Counted from the stretch's first letter, positions 30,250 through 40,988 are shown. The stretch: 64,000 nt of DNA from Candidatus Latescibacterota bacterium (GCA_965219455.1 OZ244744.1:3008001-3072000); one strand, 5' to 3'. Translations and numbers: made by a program. The notes: generated by a model not told the origin, from the letters alone.

Positions 30250-32364
30250 ATGATCGCGGATCACCTCACCGGCATAGAGCAGTTCGAGGCGGACCTCTGG
30301 AAAGTCGCGGATAACCTGCGGGCGAATTCAAACCTCGCCTCGAATGAGTATTTCATGCCCATACTGGGCTTGATTTTTCTGCGGCACGCGACAAACCGTT
30401 ACTACGAGGCGATGGCTGCGATCGAACAGGACATAGCTGCAGACAGGATGCCGGAGCGCCCGCTGATCAAGGACGATTTTACACGGCGTCGTGCACTGAT
30501 GTTGCCCGAAGTGGCTCGCTATGACGTTTTGCTCGAGATGACAAAGGACGGCAGACTCGGTACCGCCGTGACCGCTGCCATGGAAGCCGTTGAAGACGAT
30601 TTCCCGCCGCTCGCGGGCCAACTTCCGAAGGACTACGAGCGCTTCGAGGACGATGTTCTGGAAGAGATGATGCGGACCTTCCATTCGGAGGCGCTGCGTA
30701 CTGCCTCGGGCGATGTGTTTGGCCGTATCTACGAATACTTCCTCGCGGAGTTCTCCAAGCAGGGCGCACACGACAACGGCGAGTTCTTTACCCCGCCATC
30801 GATCGTCCAGACCATCGTCAACGTCATCGAGCCCGATCATGGCGTCATCATCGACCCCGCCTGCGGATCGGCTGGGATGTTTGTGCAATCGAGCCATTTC
30901 ATCGAGGACGAGGGCGAGGACACGATGAAGCGGGTAACGTTTTACGGTCACGAGAAAAACGAGACCACCGCGAGATTAGCCCAGATCAACCTCGCCGTTC
31001 ATGGGCTGCAGGGCAGCATCCGGGCCGGAAACGAAGCCATCACCTACTACAAGGACCCACACGAACTCGCCGGCAAATGCGACTTCGTCATGGCCAATCC
31101 TCCCTTCAACGTGGACGAAGTGGACGCCGAGAAGGTCAAGGGCGACAAGCGCCTGCCCTTCGGCCTGCCCGGCGTCAACAAGGCGAAGAAGGTTTCCAAC
31201 GCCAATTACTTGTGGATCTCTTATTTCTACAGCTACCTGAACGAGACCGGCCGGGCCGGGGTCGTCATGTCGTCGCAGGCCTCCAGCGCCGGACGAGGCG
31301 AGGCCAAGGTGCGCCAGAAGCTGGTCGAGACCGGCGCCGTTGACGTGATGATCGATATCCGCGGTAACTTTTTCTACACCCGCACCGTGCCCTGTCAGCT
31401 CTGGTGTTTCGACCGCTCGAAGGAGCAAGACCCCGATCGGGCCGATCGCGTCCTGATGCTCGATGCGCGCAATATCTATCGGGAGGTCTCGCGTGCCATC
31501 TTCGACTTCTCGCCCGAGCAGCAGAAGAACATCGCCGCCATCGTCTGGCTCTATCGCGGCCATTCGGATCGCTTCCTCAAGCTCGTGGAGAGTTACCTCG
31601 CTCAAGCCATCGCGGAAGGAAAGGCTACCGACGAACCGCTCGCGGAATTTGAGGACGCTCTATGTAAGCTGATCCATCTGGCCGAACCATTTGCAAACGA
31701 GAAGCACGATGCCGACCCGCTGGTCGAGACCTGGGAGGAGCTCACCTCCGTACAGTCGAATCTGTCAGAACACATCAATGAGTTTGCGGCCGAAGTCACC
31801 AAGCGAGCCGCAAACTGGAACGAAGGCGGGAGCGGCGAGACGCGGGACAATGCCGCCATTCATACGGCGCGTGAAGGCCTGCGCGGGGTGTTCGAACGCT
31901 GCCGGGACCTGACCAAGCAGATCGATCTGGCGACGAAGTTGGCCGGTCGGGCGGTCGATGTCGCGATGAAGGAACTTGGGGCGCCGGAATCGGACCTATG
32001 GTCTAGCACCGAGGTGAACCGAGCGCGCAAGACGATAGATGGCGCGCGAGCCGAAGCAGTCGCGGCGCTTCGCGGCGCACGGTACTTCGTGCAGCAGGCC
32101 GACTGGCTACAGGAACGGTTTCCCGATGCCGAACTACAGGACGTGGAAGGGCTGGTAAAGCGGGTCGATCGTAACGAGATCGAGACACACGACTGGAGCC
32201 TCACACCCGGCCGCTATGTCGGCGTAGCGCCCGAAGAGGAGGACGAGGATTTCAACTTCGAAGAGGCGTTGCGGTCGATCCACACCGGTCTGCAGGAACT
32301 CAATGATGAGGCGGCACAACTGGCGGCGCGAATCGCCCGGAACTTCGAGGAGCTGGGGGCGTGA
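30250..32364 (+). CDS. hsdM: Type I restriction-modification methyltransferase subunit M
   Basis: LWKVADNLRANS, GEFFTP, DPACGSAGMF, ANPPFN, WSLTPGRYVG. Confidence 0.96.
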   Translation: MIADHLTGIEQFEADLWKVADNLRANSNLASNEYFMPILGLIFLRHATNRYYEAMAAIEQDIAADRMPERPLIKDDFTRRRALMLPEVARYDVLLEMTKDGRLGTAVTAAMEAVEDDFPPLAGQLPKDYERFEDDVLEEMMRTFHSEALRTASGDVFGRIYEYFLAEFSKQGAHDNGEFFTPPSIVQTIVNVIEPDHGVIIDPACGSAGMFVQSSHFIEDEGEDTMKRVTFYGHEKNETTARLAQINLAVHGLQGSIRAGNEAITYYKDPHELAGKCDFVMANPPFNVDEVDAEKVKGDKRLPFGLPGVNKAKKVSNANYLWISYFYSYLNETGRAGVVMSSQASSAGRGEAKVRQKLVETGAVDVMIDIRGNFFYTRTVPCQLWCFDRSKEQDPDRADRVLMLDARNIYREVSRAIFDFSPEQQKNIAAIVWLYRGHSDRFLKLVESYLAQAIAEGKATDEPLAEFEDALCKLIHLAEPFANEKHDADPLVETWEELTSVQSNLSEHINEFAAEVTKRAANWNEGGSGETRDNAAIHTAREGLRGVFERCRDLTKQIDLATKLAGRAVDVAMKELGAPESDLWSSTEVNRARKTIDGARAEAVAALRGARYFVQQADWLQERFPDAELQDVEGLVKRVDRNEIETHDWSLTPGRYVGVAPEEEDEDFNFEEALRSIHTGLQELNDEAAQLAARIARNFEELGA

Positions 32365-33518
32365 CGACCTATCTTGGCTCAAAGCATTGGAAGCCAGCGG
32401 TTTTGCAGGACCTCGTGTTCCTTCAGCGTGGATTCGATATCACCAAGGCACAACAGAAGATAGGACATGTACCCGTTTTTTCTTCTAGCGGACTGAGTAG
32501 TTGGCATAATGAGGCTCGGGCACAGGGGCCGGGCGTCATCATCGGTAGAAAGGGAACTCTTGGTTCAGTGCACTATTCCGAAGGTGATTACTGGCCGCAC
32601 GACACAACGCTTTGGAGCAAGTCGCTCCGGGGAAACAGTGCGCGCTACGTCTACTATGCATTAAGATGCCTTGGGCTTGAGTGTTTCAACGTTGGTGGAG
32701 CGAACCCAACACTGAATAGGAACCATATCCATAATCTGCCCATCTACATTCCAGAAAGAAGCGTCCAAGATGACATAGTCTCAATTCTCTCCACCTATGA
32801 CGACCTGATCAATAACAATCGTCGCCGGATTGCTATGTTGGAAGAGGCTACTCGGCTGCTCTACCGTGAGTGGTTCGTCCACTTTCGCTTTCCCGGCCAC
32901 GAAAATGTAAGGATCGTTGACGGTATTCCAGAGGGATGGGAAAAGCGATATCTTGGAAACATTGTTTCTACACAATATGGCTACACAACATCGGCGTCGG
33001 ACGAAAGTGTCGGTCCTAAGTTCCTACGCGGAACCGACATAAATAAACGCTCGTTTATCGATTGGGCAAGTGTTCCTTACTGTTCAGAGCAAGGGCTCGA
33101 TATTGACAAGTACGCTCTCGAACCTAGTGACATTCTCGTGATTAGGATGGCTGACCCCGGAAAGACCGCTATTGTTGAAAAGAGAGTCCGCGCCATATTT
33201 GCTTCATATTTGGTGCGACTTAAGATCTTGAATCCCTGTGACGTCCCGCCTCTTTACATGTTCATGACGCTGCAGGATAATCGTTATCAAAGCTTCATCG
33301 GGGCTTCAAGCGGGGGCTCTACTAGGAAGAGCGCAAGTGCAAAGTTGTTGACTGATTACCATTTTTTGATGCCGTCAAAGACCCTGCTGCAGCTCTTCGT
33401 CGAGCATATCTCGCCTATGCGTAAGATGATTACGAAGCTTGTTGACCAATCCGCAACGGCCGCTGAGGCACGGGACCTCCTCTTGCCGCGCCTGATGAAC
33501 GGGGAGATTACGGTTTGA
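32361..33518 (+). CDS. hsdS: Type I R-M specificity subunit S
   Basis: Two TRDs, IIGRKGTLG, YDDLINNNRRRIAMLEE..., IPEGWE, ARDLLLPRLMNGEI; lower GC. Confidence 0.94.
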   Translation: MTTYLGSKHWKPAVLQDLVFLQRGFDITKAQQKIGHVPVFSSSGLSSWHNEARAQGPGVIIGRKGTLGSVHYSEGDYWPHDTTLWSKSLRGNSARYVYYALRCLGLECFNVGGANPTLNRNHIHNLPIYIPERSVQDDIVSILSTYDDLINNNRRRIAMLEEATRLLYREWFVHFRFPGHENVRIVDGIPEGWEKRYLGNIVSTQYGYTTSASDESVGPKFLRGTDINKRSFIDWASVPYCSEQGLDIDKYALEPSDILVIRMADPGKTAIVEKRVRAIFASYLVRLKILNPCDVPPLYMFMTLQDNRYQSFIGASSGGSTRKSASAKLLTDYHFLMPSKTLLQLFVEHISPMRKMITKLVDQSATAAEARDLLLPRLMNGEITV

Positions 33519-34321
33519 ACGAGGATGTCTGGAAAGAATACAAGAACCAGGATTCTTCACAGCTCGAGGTGAGCAATCGCGATCTAGCAATGTATGTGAT
33601 CGGTGAGCGCGATCTCGAAGCACAATTGCTCGCGATCACGAGTTTGCTTTGCCGGAACCAACAGGAGGATGAGGCTCTCGCAGCGAAGATCAAGCAGCTG
33701 GATGAAGATGTCCGCGCATACGCACGTGGGAATGCAATGTACCAGATGTATCTTGAAGATCGGTGGGGAGATGCACTGCATCACAGTGTTTTTCAAGATG
33801 CGGCCCACAGTATGGCGGCCGTGGGCATGTTGGCGCCGTTCGTTGAATCGCTTTTCGCCTCTATCTTCAGTGGTCTGCGGAGAGAATACAAACTAGCCAG
33901 CAACAATACCTCACCTGATGATCCCAGGATTGCTGCCTCCCAAAATGAATTCTGGGACCCTCGTTTTGTATTCAACCGTGGAGGGCGCAGTCGCGGTATT
34001 GTTGCCGGTATCGAGCAACTCGCGCGTACAACCGGGCTGTCGGAATATTTACCCTCTGGTTACGTCAAAATGCTGTCGGCACTATTTAAATATCGTCACA
34101 AGATGTTTCACCTTGGTTTCGAGTGGCCACGCGAAGAGCGGATCAAGTTTGACAATCACGTCCGGTCTGGGAAATGGCCTGCTGAGTGGTTTCGGAAGGC
34201 GACAAGAGACGACAAACCCTGGATTTTCTACATGAGCGACGAATTAATTACACACTGCCTTAAAACAATCGATGAAGTACTTGAAGGCGTGGGTGCGTAT
34301 TTTCGGGAACGACAGGATTGA
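33515..34321 (+). CDS. Hypothetical protein with Rx4H (HEPN-like) inserted between hsdS and hsdR
   Basis: 268-aa ORF overlapping the hsdS stop; LAPFVESLF and LFKYRHKMFHLG. Confidence 0.65.
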   Translation: MNEDVWKEYKNQDSSQLEVSNRDLAMYVIGERDLEAQLLAITSLLCRNQQEDEALAAKIKQLDEDVRAYARGNAMYQMYLEDRWGDALHHSVFQDAAHSMAAVGMLAPFVESLFASIFSGLRREYKLASNNTSPDDPRIAASQNEFWDPRFVFNRGGRSRGIVAGIEQLARTTGLSEYLPSGYVKMLSALFKYRHKMFHLGFEWPREERIKFDNHVRSGKWPAEWFRKATRDDKPWIFYMSDELITHCLKTIDEVLEGVGAYFRERQD

Positions 34322-34348
34322 CGTAAAAGGCACATGTGGGGCACTGGT

Positions 34349-37300
34349 ATGGCCGTAACGGGAATCAACAGTGAGGACAGGTTAGTCCAAGCGACGTTTG
34401 CCGGGTATCTGAAACGGCGGCTGGGCTGGGATAGCATTTATGCCTGGAACGAGGAGACTTTCGGACACGAAGGTACCCTTGGCCGTGCCGATACCAAAGA
34501 AGCGGTGCTCATCCGCGACCTGCGCGCGTCACTGGAACGTCTGAACCCCGCCCTTCCGCCCTCCGCCATCGACGATGCCATCCGCGACCTGACAGTTTAC
34601 GACGCCAGCCGCTCGATGTTGCAGCACAACCAAGATTTCTATCGGCTTATTCGTAGCGGGGTACATGTGAATTACAGGGACGCGCACGGGCACCCGAAAT
34701 CTGCCCGCGCCCGGGTGATCGATTTCGACAACAAACCCGGCTCGAACCGCTTTCTTGCCGTGCGCGAACTGAAGCTCACCGGCATCCGTACGCCTAATTA
34801 CAACCGCCGCGCCGATCTGGTCTGTTTCATTAACGGCCTCCCCCTGGTATTCATCGAACTGAAGGCGGTCTACAAAAACATCCGGGAGGGCTTCGACAAC
34901 AACCTCACAGACTACATGGACGAGAACGTCATAGCCCATGCCTTCCACCACAACACCTTCTTGATCGTGTCGAACGGCGACCGCGCACGGTACGGTTCGA
35001 TCACCAGCCAATGGGAGCATTTTGCCGAGTGGAAGCGGCTCGACGAGGGCGACAAGGGCAGCCTGGAAGCCGAGTTACTGCTGAACGGCATGCTGGCGCA
35101 AGGTCGGTTGTTGGACATCGTTGAGAATTTCATTCTGTTCGACGTGAGCAAGCCCGGCGCCACGAGGAAGGTGATCGCGCGAAACCATCAGGTACTGGGC
35201 GTCAACCGGGCGGTCGCGTCCGTGTCGCGTCAGGAAAACCTGAAACGCAAGTTCCCACCCGAACAGCGCGTGACGTATAGAGTCATGGAATTGCCGCTGG
35301 AATACCGTGAGCCGCGTCAGTACTCTCCGTCCTCAAGGATGGTCGCCGAGGCGAGGTCACCCTACATCCCAAAGGGACCGGTCGACATTATTGAGCGGGC
35401 GGATCCCGAATTGGGCCGCCTTGGGGTATTCTGGCACACACAGGGAAGCGGCAAGTCCTATTCCATGGCGTTCTTCTCCGAAAAAGTGCGTCGGAAAGTG
35501 GAGGGTAATTTCACGTTTCTGCTGATGACCGACCGAAACGACCTCGACGGTCAGATTTACACCACTTTCGTCGGTTGTGGTATCGCCGACGACAACACAC
35601 CGCGAGCCGCGTCCGGAGACCATTTGGAAAGGCTGTTAAAGGAGAATCACCGCTACGTCTTCAGTCTGATCCACAAATTCAACAAGGATGTGGACCCGAA
35701 ACAACCCTACAGCGTACGCGACGACATCATCGTGATTTCGGACGAGGCACATCGCACTCAGGCGGGGCGGCTGGCGCGAAATATGCACCTTGCACTGCCG
35801 AACGCCTCCTTCATCGGCTTCACCGGAACGCCACTCTTCAAGCAGGACGAAATCACCAAACGCATCTTCGGCAATTATGTCTCCCGTTACGATTTCAAGC
35901 GGTCCGAGGAGGACGGGGCGACAGTCAAGCTGATCTACGAGAACCGGGGAGAAAAGTTGGGTGTGGCGCGGACGGATCTTAACGACCTTATCGCGGCCAA
36001 GATCGAGCAGGCCGAGTTCGATCCTGACCAGGAAGCGTTGCTCGAGAAACTGCTCGGTCAGGACTACGAGGTCATCACTGCAGATGAACGGCTTGACAAG
36101 ATTGCGGCCGATTTCGTGGATCACTGCGCGGTCCGGTGGGAAGCGGGAAAGTCGATGCTGGTCTGCATCGACAAAATCACGTGTGCCCGCATGCTTCAGT
36201 TGATCGTTCCGCGATGGCAGGATAAGGCGGCACAGGTCCGGTCCGCCGCCGATGGGAAAAGCGCCCAAGCGAAAGCCACAAGCGACGAGATCAGCCGCGC
36301 CGCGCTTGACGAGGAGGCGCATCGGCTGGCAGCTCAAGCGATCTGGCTCGAGAATACAATCATTGAGATCATCATCAGCGAGGCGCAGAACGAGGTCAAA
36401 GACTTCGCGAAATGGGACTTCAATATCATCCCTCACCGCGCCCGTATGAAACAGGGTTTCGAGACCGCCGACGGGCAGCGGGTGGATGTAGAAACCGCGT
36501 TCAAGGACCCGGAGCATCCCTTCCGCGTCGCCATCGTCTGCGCGATGTGGATGACAGGGTTTGATGTCGAGTGCCTTTCGACGCTCTACATCGATAAGCC
36601 GATGAAGGCGCACACGCTGATGCAGGCGATCGCGCGTGCGAACCGGGTGTACCCCAGAAAGGATTTCGGCCTGATCGTGGACTACAATGGCATGCTGAAG
36701 AGTCTGCGGGAGGCGCTGGCGCAGTATGCGCTGGGCGATGACGGGACCGGTGAAGCGGAGGTCGTCGCACCGATCGAGGAGCGTGTGCAGGCGTTGATCG
36801 AGGCAATCGAGGCGACGGAGGCGCATTTGCGCGGGCTCGGCTTCGACCCTGCCACGCTCGTCGGATCAAGCGGTTTCGAGCGCATAACGGGGCTGAAAGA
36901 TGCGGTCGAGGCCGTCTATTCCAGCGACGAGGCCAAGCGCCGATTCGAGATTCTCGCCCGACAGGTGTTCATCCGCTTCAAGGCATTGCTAATGGAGCCG
37001 TCTGCCTATCCCTTTGCCGAGCGGCACGACAATATCGAGGCGATCTACAAGAAGCTGACCGAGGCGCGCGATACAGCGGACGTTACAGAACTCCTAAAGG
37101 AGTTGCATCGGATCGTCAACGAGGCAATCCGCACGCAAGCGCCTGGAGATGATCGGGCTGAGGGTCTGACCTTCGACCTCAGCCGGATCGACATGAAAAA
37201 GCTACGCGACGAATTCGCGAAGAACGTCCGACACAAGGCGACGGCGATTCAGGACATCCGAGAGATCATTGAGCAGAAGCTTGCCGAACTGCTGGCACAC

Positions 37301-37765
37301 AACCCTATGCGCATGGATTTTCAGCAGAAGTACGAGGAAATCGTCACCGCCTACAACCGGGAGAAAGACCGCGTCACAATCGAAGAAACCTTCCGTCGTT
37401 TGACGGAACTCATGGAAGAGTTGGATGAGGAGCAGAAGCGCGCAGTCGAGGAAGGACTTACTGAGGACGAACTCGCGTTGTTCGACTTGTTAAAGAAGGA
37501 TAATCTGGCAAGGACCGAACGGGAGCGCGTCAAACAGGCCAGCCGCGAACTGCTGGCGTCCATTAAGGCGCGTCTGTCGAAGCTCGATCGTTTCTGGGAA
37601 AAGGAGCAGACCAAGGCGGATGTCAAGGTGTTCATTCTAGACGAGGTTTTCACCAGCCTGCCAACGCCGCCATTTACCGTCGAGGAGAAGAACGCAGCCG
37701 CGGAAGAGATCTATGCACATGTCTGGCAGCAGGCCATCAGCGGAGAATTCGGGAGAGCGGCGTGA
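34349..37765 (+). CDS. hsdR: Type I restriction endonuclease subunit R
   Basis: RADLVCFINGLPLVFIELK, WHTQGSGKS, DEAHR, GFTGTP, MWMTGFD, QAIARANR. Confidence 0.96.
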   Translation: MAVTGINSEDRLVQATFAGYLKRRLGWDSIYAWNEETFGHEGTLGRADTKEAVLIRDLRASLERLNPALPPSAIDDAIRDLTVYDASRSMLQHNQDFYRLIRSGVHVNYRDAHGHPKSARARVIDFDNKPGSNRFLAVRELKLTGIRTPNYNRRADLVCFINGLPLVFIELKAVYKNIREGFDNNLTDYMDENVIAHAFHHNTFLIVSNGDRARYGSITSQWEHFAEWKRLDEGDKGSLEAELLLNGMLAQGRLLDIVENFILFDVSKPGATRKVIARNHQVLGVNRAVASVSRQENLKRKFPPEQRVTYRVMELPLEYREPRQYSPSSRMVAEARSPYIPKGPVDIIERADPELGRLGVFWHTQGSGKSYSMAFFSEKVRRKVEGNFTFLLMTDRNDLDGQIYTTFVGCGIADDNTPRAASGDHLERLLKENHRYVFSLIHKFNKDVDPKQPYSVRDDIIVISDEAHRTQAGRLARNMHLALPNASFIGFTGTPLFKQDEITKRIFGNYVSRYDFKRSEEDGATVKLIYENRGEKLGVARTDLNDLIAAKIEQAEFDPDQEALLEKLLGQDYEVITADERLDKIAADFVDHCAVRWEAGKSMLVCIDKITCARMLQLIVPRWQDKAAQVRSAADGKSAQAKATSDEISRAALDEEAHRLAAQAIWLENTIIEIIISEAQNEVKDFAKWDFNIIPHRARMKQGFETADGQRVDVETAFKDPEHPFRVAIVCAMWMTGFDVECLSTLYIDKPMKAHTLMQAIARANRVYPRKDFGLIVDYNGMLKSLREALAQYALGDDGTGEAEVVAPIEERVQALIEAIEATEAHLRGLGFDPATLVGSSGFERITGLKDAVEAVYSSDEAKRRFEILARQVFIRFKALLMEPSAYPFAERHDNIEAIYKKLTEARDTADVTELLKELHRIVNEAIRTQAPGDDRAEGLTFDLSRIDMKKLRDEFAKNVRHKATAIQDIREIIEQKLAELLAHNPMRMDFQQKYEEIVTAYNREKDRVTIEETFRRLTELMEELDEEQKRAVEEGLTEDELALFDLLKKDNLARTERERVKQASRELLASIKARLSKLDRFWEKEQTKADVKVFILDEVFTSLPTPPFTVEEKNAAAEEIYAHVWQQAISGEFGRAA

Positions 37766-38727
37766 TGGGCCGGGTGCCTGACCGCGACGCGGCGGGGGCT
37801 CTGGACCGCGCGAAGGGGGCGCTGGTCGGGCTCGCGCTGGGCGACGCGCTCGGCACGACGCTCGAATTCGCCGGGAGGGACACAAGGCCGCCGGTTACCG
37901 ACCTGGTGGGTGGAGGCCCGTTCGGCCTCGCCGCAGGGGAGTGGACCGACGATACGAGCATGGCCCTCTGCCTCGCGGAGTCGTTGCTTGAACGGGGCGG
38001 GCTCGACGTGAAGGACCTGATGGTACGGTTCCTCCGGTGGCGCGAGGAAGGGCATAACTCGGTCACCGGCGTGTGTTTCGATATCGGCAATGCCACCGCC
38101 GGCGCGCTCCGATCTTTTCGGGAAACCGGGGATCCGTTGAGCGGCAGCACCGATCCGCGCAGCGCCGGCAACGGTTCGCTCATGCGGCTCTCGCCGGTGG
38201 CGATCCGCTGGTGGCGCGACCGGGCGAGGGCAACGGCGGCCGCCCGCTTGCAGAGCCGAACCACGCACGGCGCCGCGCAGGCCGTGGAGGCCTGTGCGCT
38301 CTATGCCGAACTGCTGGTCGAGGCGATCGCCGGGGCGCCGAAGGAGACTGTCCTGCGCGCCAGAGACTGGAGCGGCGACGCCCAGATCGCCCGGGTGGCC
38401 GCGGGGTCGTGGCGCGCCAGGGAGCGCGACGCCATTGCGTCGTCGGGATACGTACTGCACACGTTCGAAGCGGCGCTGTGGTGCGTGGACAGATCGGAAT
38501 CCGTTGAGGACGCCCTGATTCTGGCCGCCAATCTTGCCGATGACGCCGATACGGTGGCCGCCGTCACCGGTCAGCTTGCGGGCGCGCTGTGGGGCGTGTC
38601 GGGCGCTCCCGCCGCGTGGCTCGACAAACTGGCGTGGCGCGGGCGCCTGGAAGCGCTCGCCGCCGGCCTGTTCGACGCCGCCAACAGCGAGCGGAGCGGC
38701 CCGGTGGGTGAGAAACTATCCCATTAG
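37762..38727 (+). CDS. ADP-ribosylglycohydrolase family protein
   Basis: GLALGDALG, WTDDTSMA, GNGSLMR, DDADTVAAVTGQLAGA; GTGA overlap with the hsdR stop. Confidence 0.93.
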   Translation: MMGRVPDRDAAGALDRAKGALVGLALGDALGTTLEFAGRDTRPPVTDLVGGGPFGLAAGEWTDDTSMALCLAESLLERGGLDVKDLMVRFLRWREEGHNSVTGVCFDIGNATAGALRSFRETGDPLSGSTDPRSAGNGSLMRLSPVAIRWWRDRARATAAARLQSRTTHGAAQAVEACALYAELLVEAIAGAPKETVLRARDWSGDAQIARVAAGSWRARERDAIASSGYVLHTFEAALWCVDRSESVEDALILAANLADDADTVAAVTGQLAGALWGVSGAPAAWLDKLAWRGRLEALAAGLFDAANSERSGPVGEKLSH

Positions 38728-39642
38728 GCTTCCATACCGCAACCCCACGGCTTTCTTCACGACCTCCAGGGTTCGCTGGCCCTCGATCCTCGCCTCCGAC
38801 CCACCCAGATGCAGAACATCCCCGACCAGGCTTCGACTGCCTTCCAGCTGTGTCCCTGCGGTCCGAAACGGCTCCTGTTTGGCATCCGACTTGCCTCCCG
38901 CGGCCTGCTCCGAGCTTGCAGGCGGCAGGCTGTGATCCATGTGTGTGGTACCCATCCCCGAGGGTTCCGCATCCGTCCGCGGCGCCCGCGCCGCGCTATT
39001 CGTCCTCGTCCGAATACTCCCGTCGGCATCCGCAAGCCCAACCGTATTTGAGTGACTCATGCGTATTCCGGTATTTCCGCGGGTTCCATTCATCTGTAGG
39101 CTTTGCTCGAACCCGGGCAACGGAAAGACGGTCCCGAATTTGCGATTGAATCGACGTGCTACTTCCCGGCACAGATTCGAGCGCATCCGCTGACCGGGTC
39201 CCGCCGCCACAATCGAAGGCCGGAATAGCAACACGGCGGCCGGTTGAAAGACCGGATAACCGCCAAACCCAGGGATCGGCGAGCGACTCGCTGCATCCCG
39301 CTTCCGCCGTGCTTCCGGATCGCCCGCATGGGCCGGCAGCGGTATCGAATAATGAAGAATCATCGCCAACTCCGCGAGTTGCGGAACCTGCGACTGCAGA
39401 AAACAGACGCTTCGCTCCGGATCGAAACCCGCAGCCAGAAGATCCGTGACCAGTTTTCGAACATTCGATTCCATCTTACGTGGATGTTCCCGATCCATAC
39501 GCAACGCCTGGTAGTCGGCGATCATGAAAAAACAACGTGCTTCCGCCTCTCGACCAATCAAGTCTTTCAGGAATCCGATCAAGTGCCCCAGGATCATTCT
39601 TTCCGTTGGCCGGACACCAGCCAATACAATAGAACGTCTCAT
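38716..39642 (-). CDS. Degenerate tryptophanyl-tRNA synthetase paralog (pseudo-enzyme or decaying gene)
   Basis: LAGVRPTERMILGH, FFMIADYQAL, GFDPERSVCFLQSQVPQLAEL, GYPVFQPAAVL, REVARRFN; HIGH is ILGH and KMSKS is RMSHS. Confidence 0.8.
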   Translation of the reverse strand: MRRSIVLAGVRPTERMILGHLIGFLKDLIGREAEARCFFMIADYQALRMDREHPRKMESNVRKLVTDLLAAGFDPERSVCFLQSQVPQLAELAMILHYSIPLPAHAGDPEARRKRDAASRSPIPGFGGYPVFQPAAVLLFRPSIVAAGPGQRMRSNLCREVARRFNRKFGTVFPLPGFEQSLQMNGTRGNTGIRMSHSNTVGLADADGSIRTRTNSAARAPRTDAEPSGMGTTHMDHSLPPASSEQAAGGKSDAKQEPFRTAGTQLEGSRSLVGDVLHLGGSEARIEGQRTLEVVKKAVGLRYGSLMG

Positions 39643-39728
39643 TCTGAATACTCCTTATCTTCAAATTTCTTTTATTGGAAAACGGGTCGGCGCCCCGGGC
39701 GCCGCGTTGGGAAATGCAGTTTGCCATG

Positions 39729-39890
39729 AAAAAAAAAAGCCGCGATCCACCTCCAGGTGAACCGCGGCTATAGCCATACATTCAGGCACAGATCATCCGG
39801 TGGCGGACGCACGGCTCCCGTTGCGCAATACCACCAGCGCCGCATAGAAATTGCCATTAATCCATCCAGAATGACGTTCCGCCGTACCAT
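39729..39890 (-). promoter_or_regulatory. Trp attenuator (leader peptide plus intrinsic terminator) upstream of the trpS paralog
   Basis: Leader 39890..39768 MVRRNVILDGLMAISMRRWWYCATG...VWL*; terminator AGCCGCGGTTCACCT-GG-AGGTGGATCGCGGCT followed by a T run. Confidence 0.8.
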
Positions 39891-39904
39891 GCGTATCCTC
39901 ATAA

Positions 39905-40975
39905 TTATGGGATCTGTTGCTCCTGTTTCCGCATCCGCTCCCGGCCCTTCCTCGATATGCGGTTCCAGACACCGGTGAGCCCCATCGCTTTTTTCATTGC
40001 CTTCAACGTGTCATCGGCGACCTCTCGAACCCGTAGCGTTCCCTCGTACAGAACCTTCTCCACGTACCCGGGATCCGCTGCGTATCGCGCCCTTCGCTCC
40101 CGAATCGGGTCCAGAAAATCGTTCAGCGCCCGAGTCAGCTTCTCCTTCACCTCCACGTCGCCGACTTTCCCCGTGCGATACCTTGCCTTGAGATCCGCCA
40201 CTTCCTCCCGATTCGGGTTGAATGCGTCGTGGTAGACAAACACCGGATTCCCTTCCACATTGCCGGGGATATCGGCCCGCACCCGGTTGGGATCGGTGAA
40301 CATTCCTCGCACCTTTTTCTTAACCGTCTGTGCATCGTCAGACAGAAATATCGCATTGTCCAGGCTCTTGCTCATTTTGGCCTGGCCATCGGTACCCACA
40401 AGAACCGGGACCTCACCGATCAGGGCGTCCGGAATCGGGAAGACCTCCCCGTAGTAGCTGTTGAACCGCCGGGCAATTTCCCGGGTCACCTCCACGTGCG
40501 CCAGGTTATCCCTTCCCACGGGAACCAGGTGCGCCCGGGGCGTCATAATATCCGCCGCCTGCAAAATAGGGTATCCGACAAGCCCGAACGGGATCGCCTC
40601 GTCGTCCAACCTGGCGGCGCGGGCCATATCCTTGATGCTGGGCAGGCGCGCGACTCGCGGCAGGGTCACCAGCATCTCGAAAAACAGATTCATTTCGTAT
40701 ACCGCATGCACCGCCGACTGCAGGTATATGGTCGATCTGGACGGATCGATGCCCACCGCCAGGTAGTCCAGCAGCATCTCCCGTACGTTCTCCCGCAGGG
40801 CATGGATATGTTCCTTCTGCGGCCGGGTCGTGAGCATGTGCAGGTCCGCAACCAAAAAGAAACATTCGTATTCGTCCTGCAGCCGCACCCGGTTTTTCAA
40901 CGAGCCGACGTAATGTCCCAGGTGCATCCTCCCCGTGGGCCGGTCTCCCGTCAGGATCCGTTTCCGTTCGTCCAT
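39905..40975 (-). CDS. trpS: Tryptophan--tRNA ligase
   Basis: ILTGDRPTGRMHLGHYVGSL, GYPILQAADI, VPVGRDN, KMSKS; RBS GGAGGG. Confidence 0.96.
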   Translation of the reverse strand: MDERKRILTGDRPTGRMHLGHYVGSLKNRVRLQDEYECFFLVADLHMLTTRPQKEHIHALRENVREMLLDYLAVGIDPSRSTIYLQSAVHAVYEMNLFFEMLVTLPRVARLPSIKDMARAARLDDEAIPFGLVGYPILQAADIMTPRAHLVPVGRDNLAHVEVTREIARRFNSYYGEVFPIPDALIGEVPVLVGTDGQAKMSKSLDNAIFLSDDAQTVKKKVRGMFTDPNRVRADIPGNVEGNPVFVYHDAFNPNREEVADLKARYRTGKVGDVEVKEKLTRALNDFLDPIRERRARYAADPGYVEKVLYEGTLRVREVADDTLKAMKKAMGLTGVWNRISRKGRERMRKQEQQIP

Positions 40976-40988
40976 TGCGATTCCCTCC

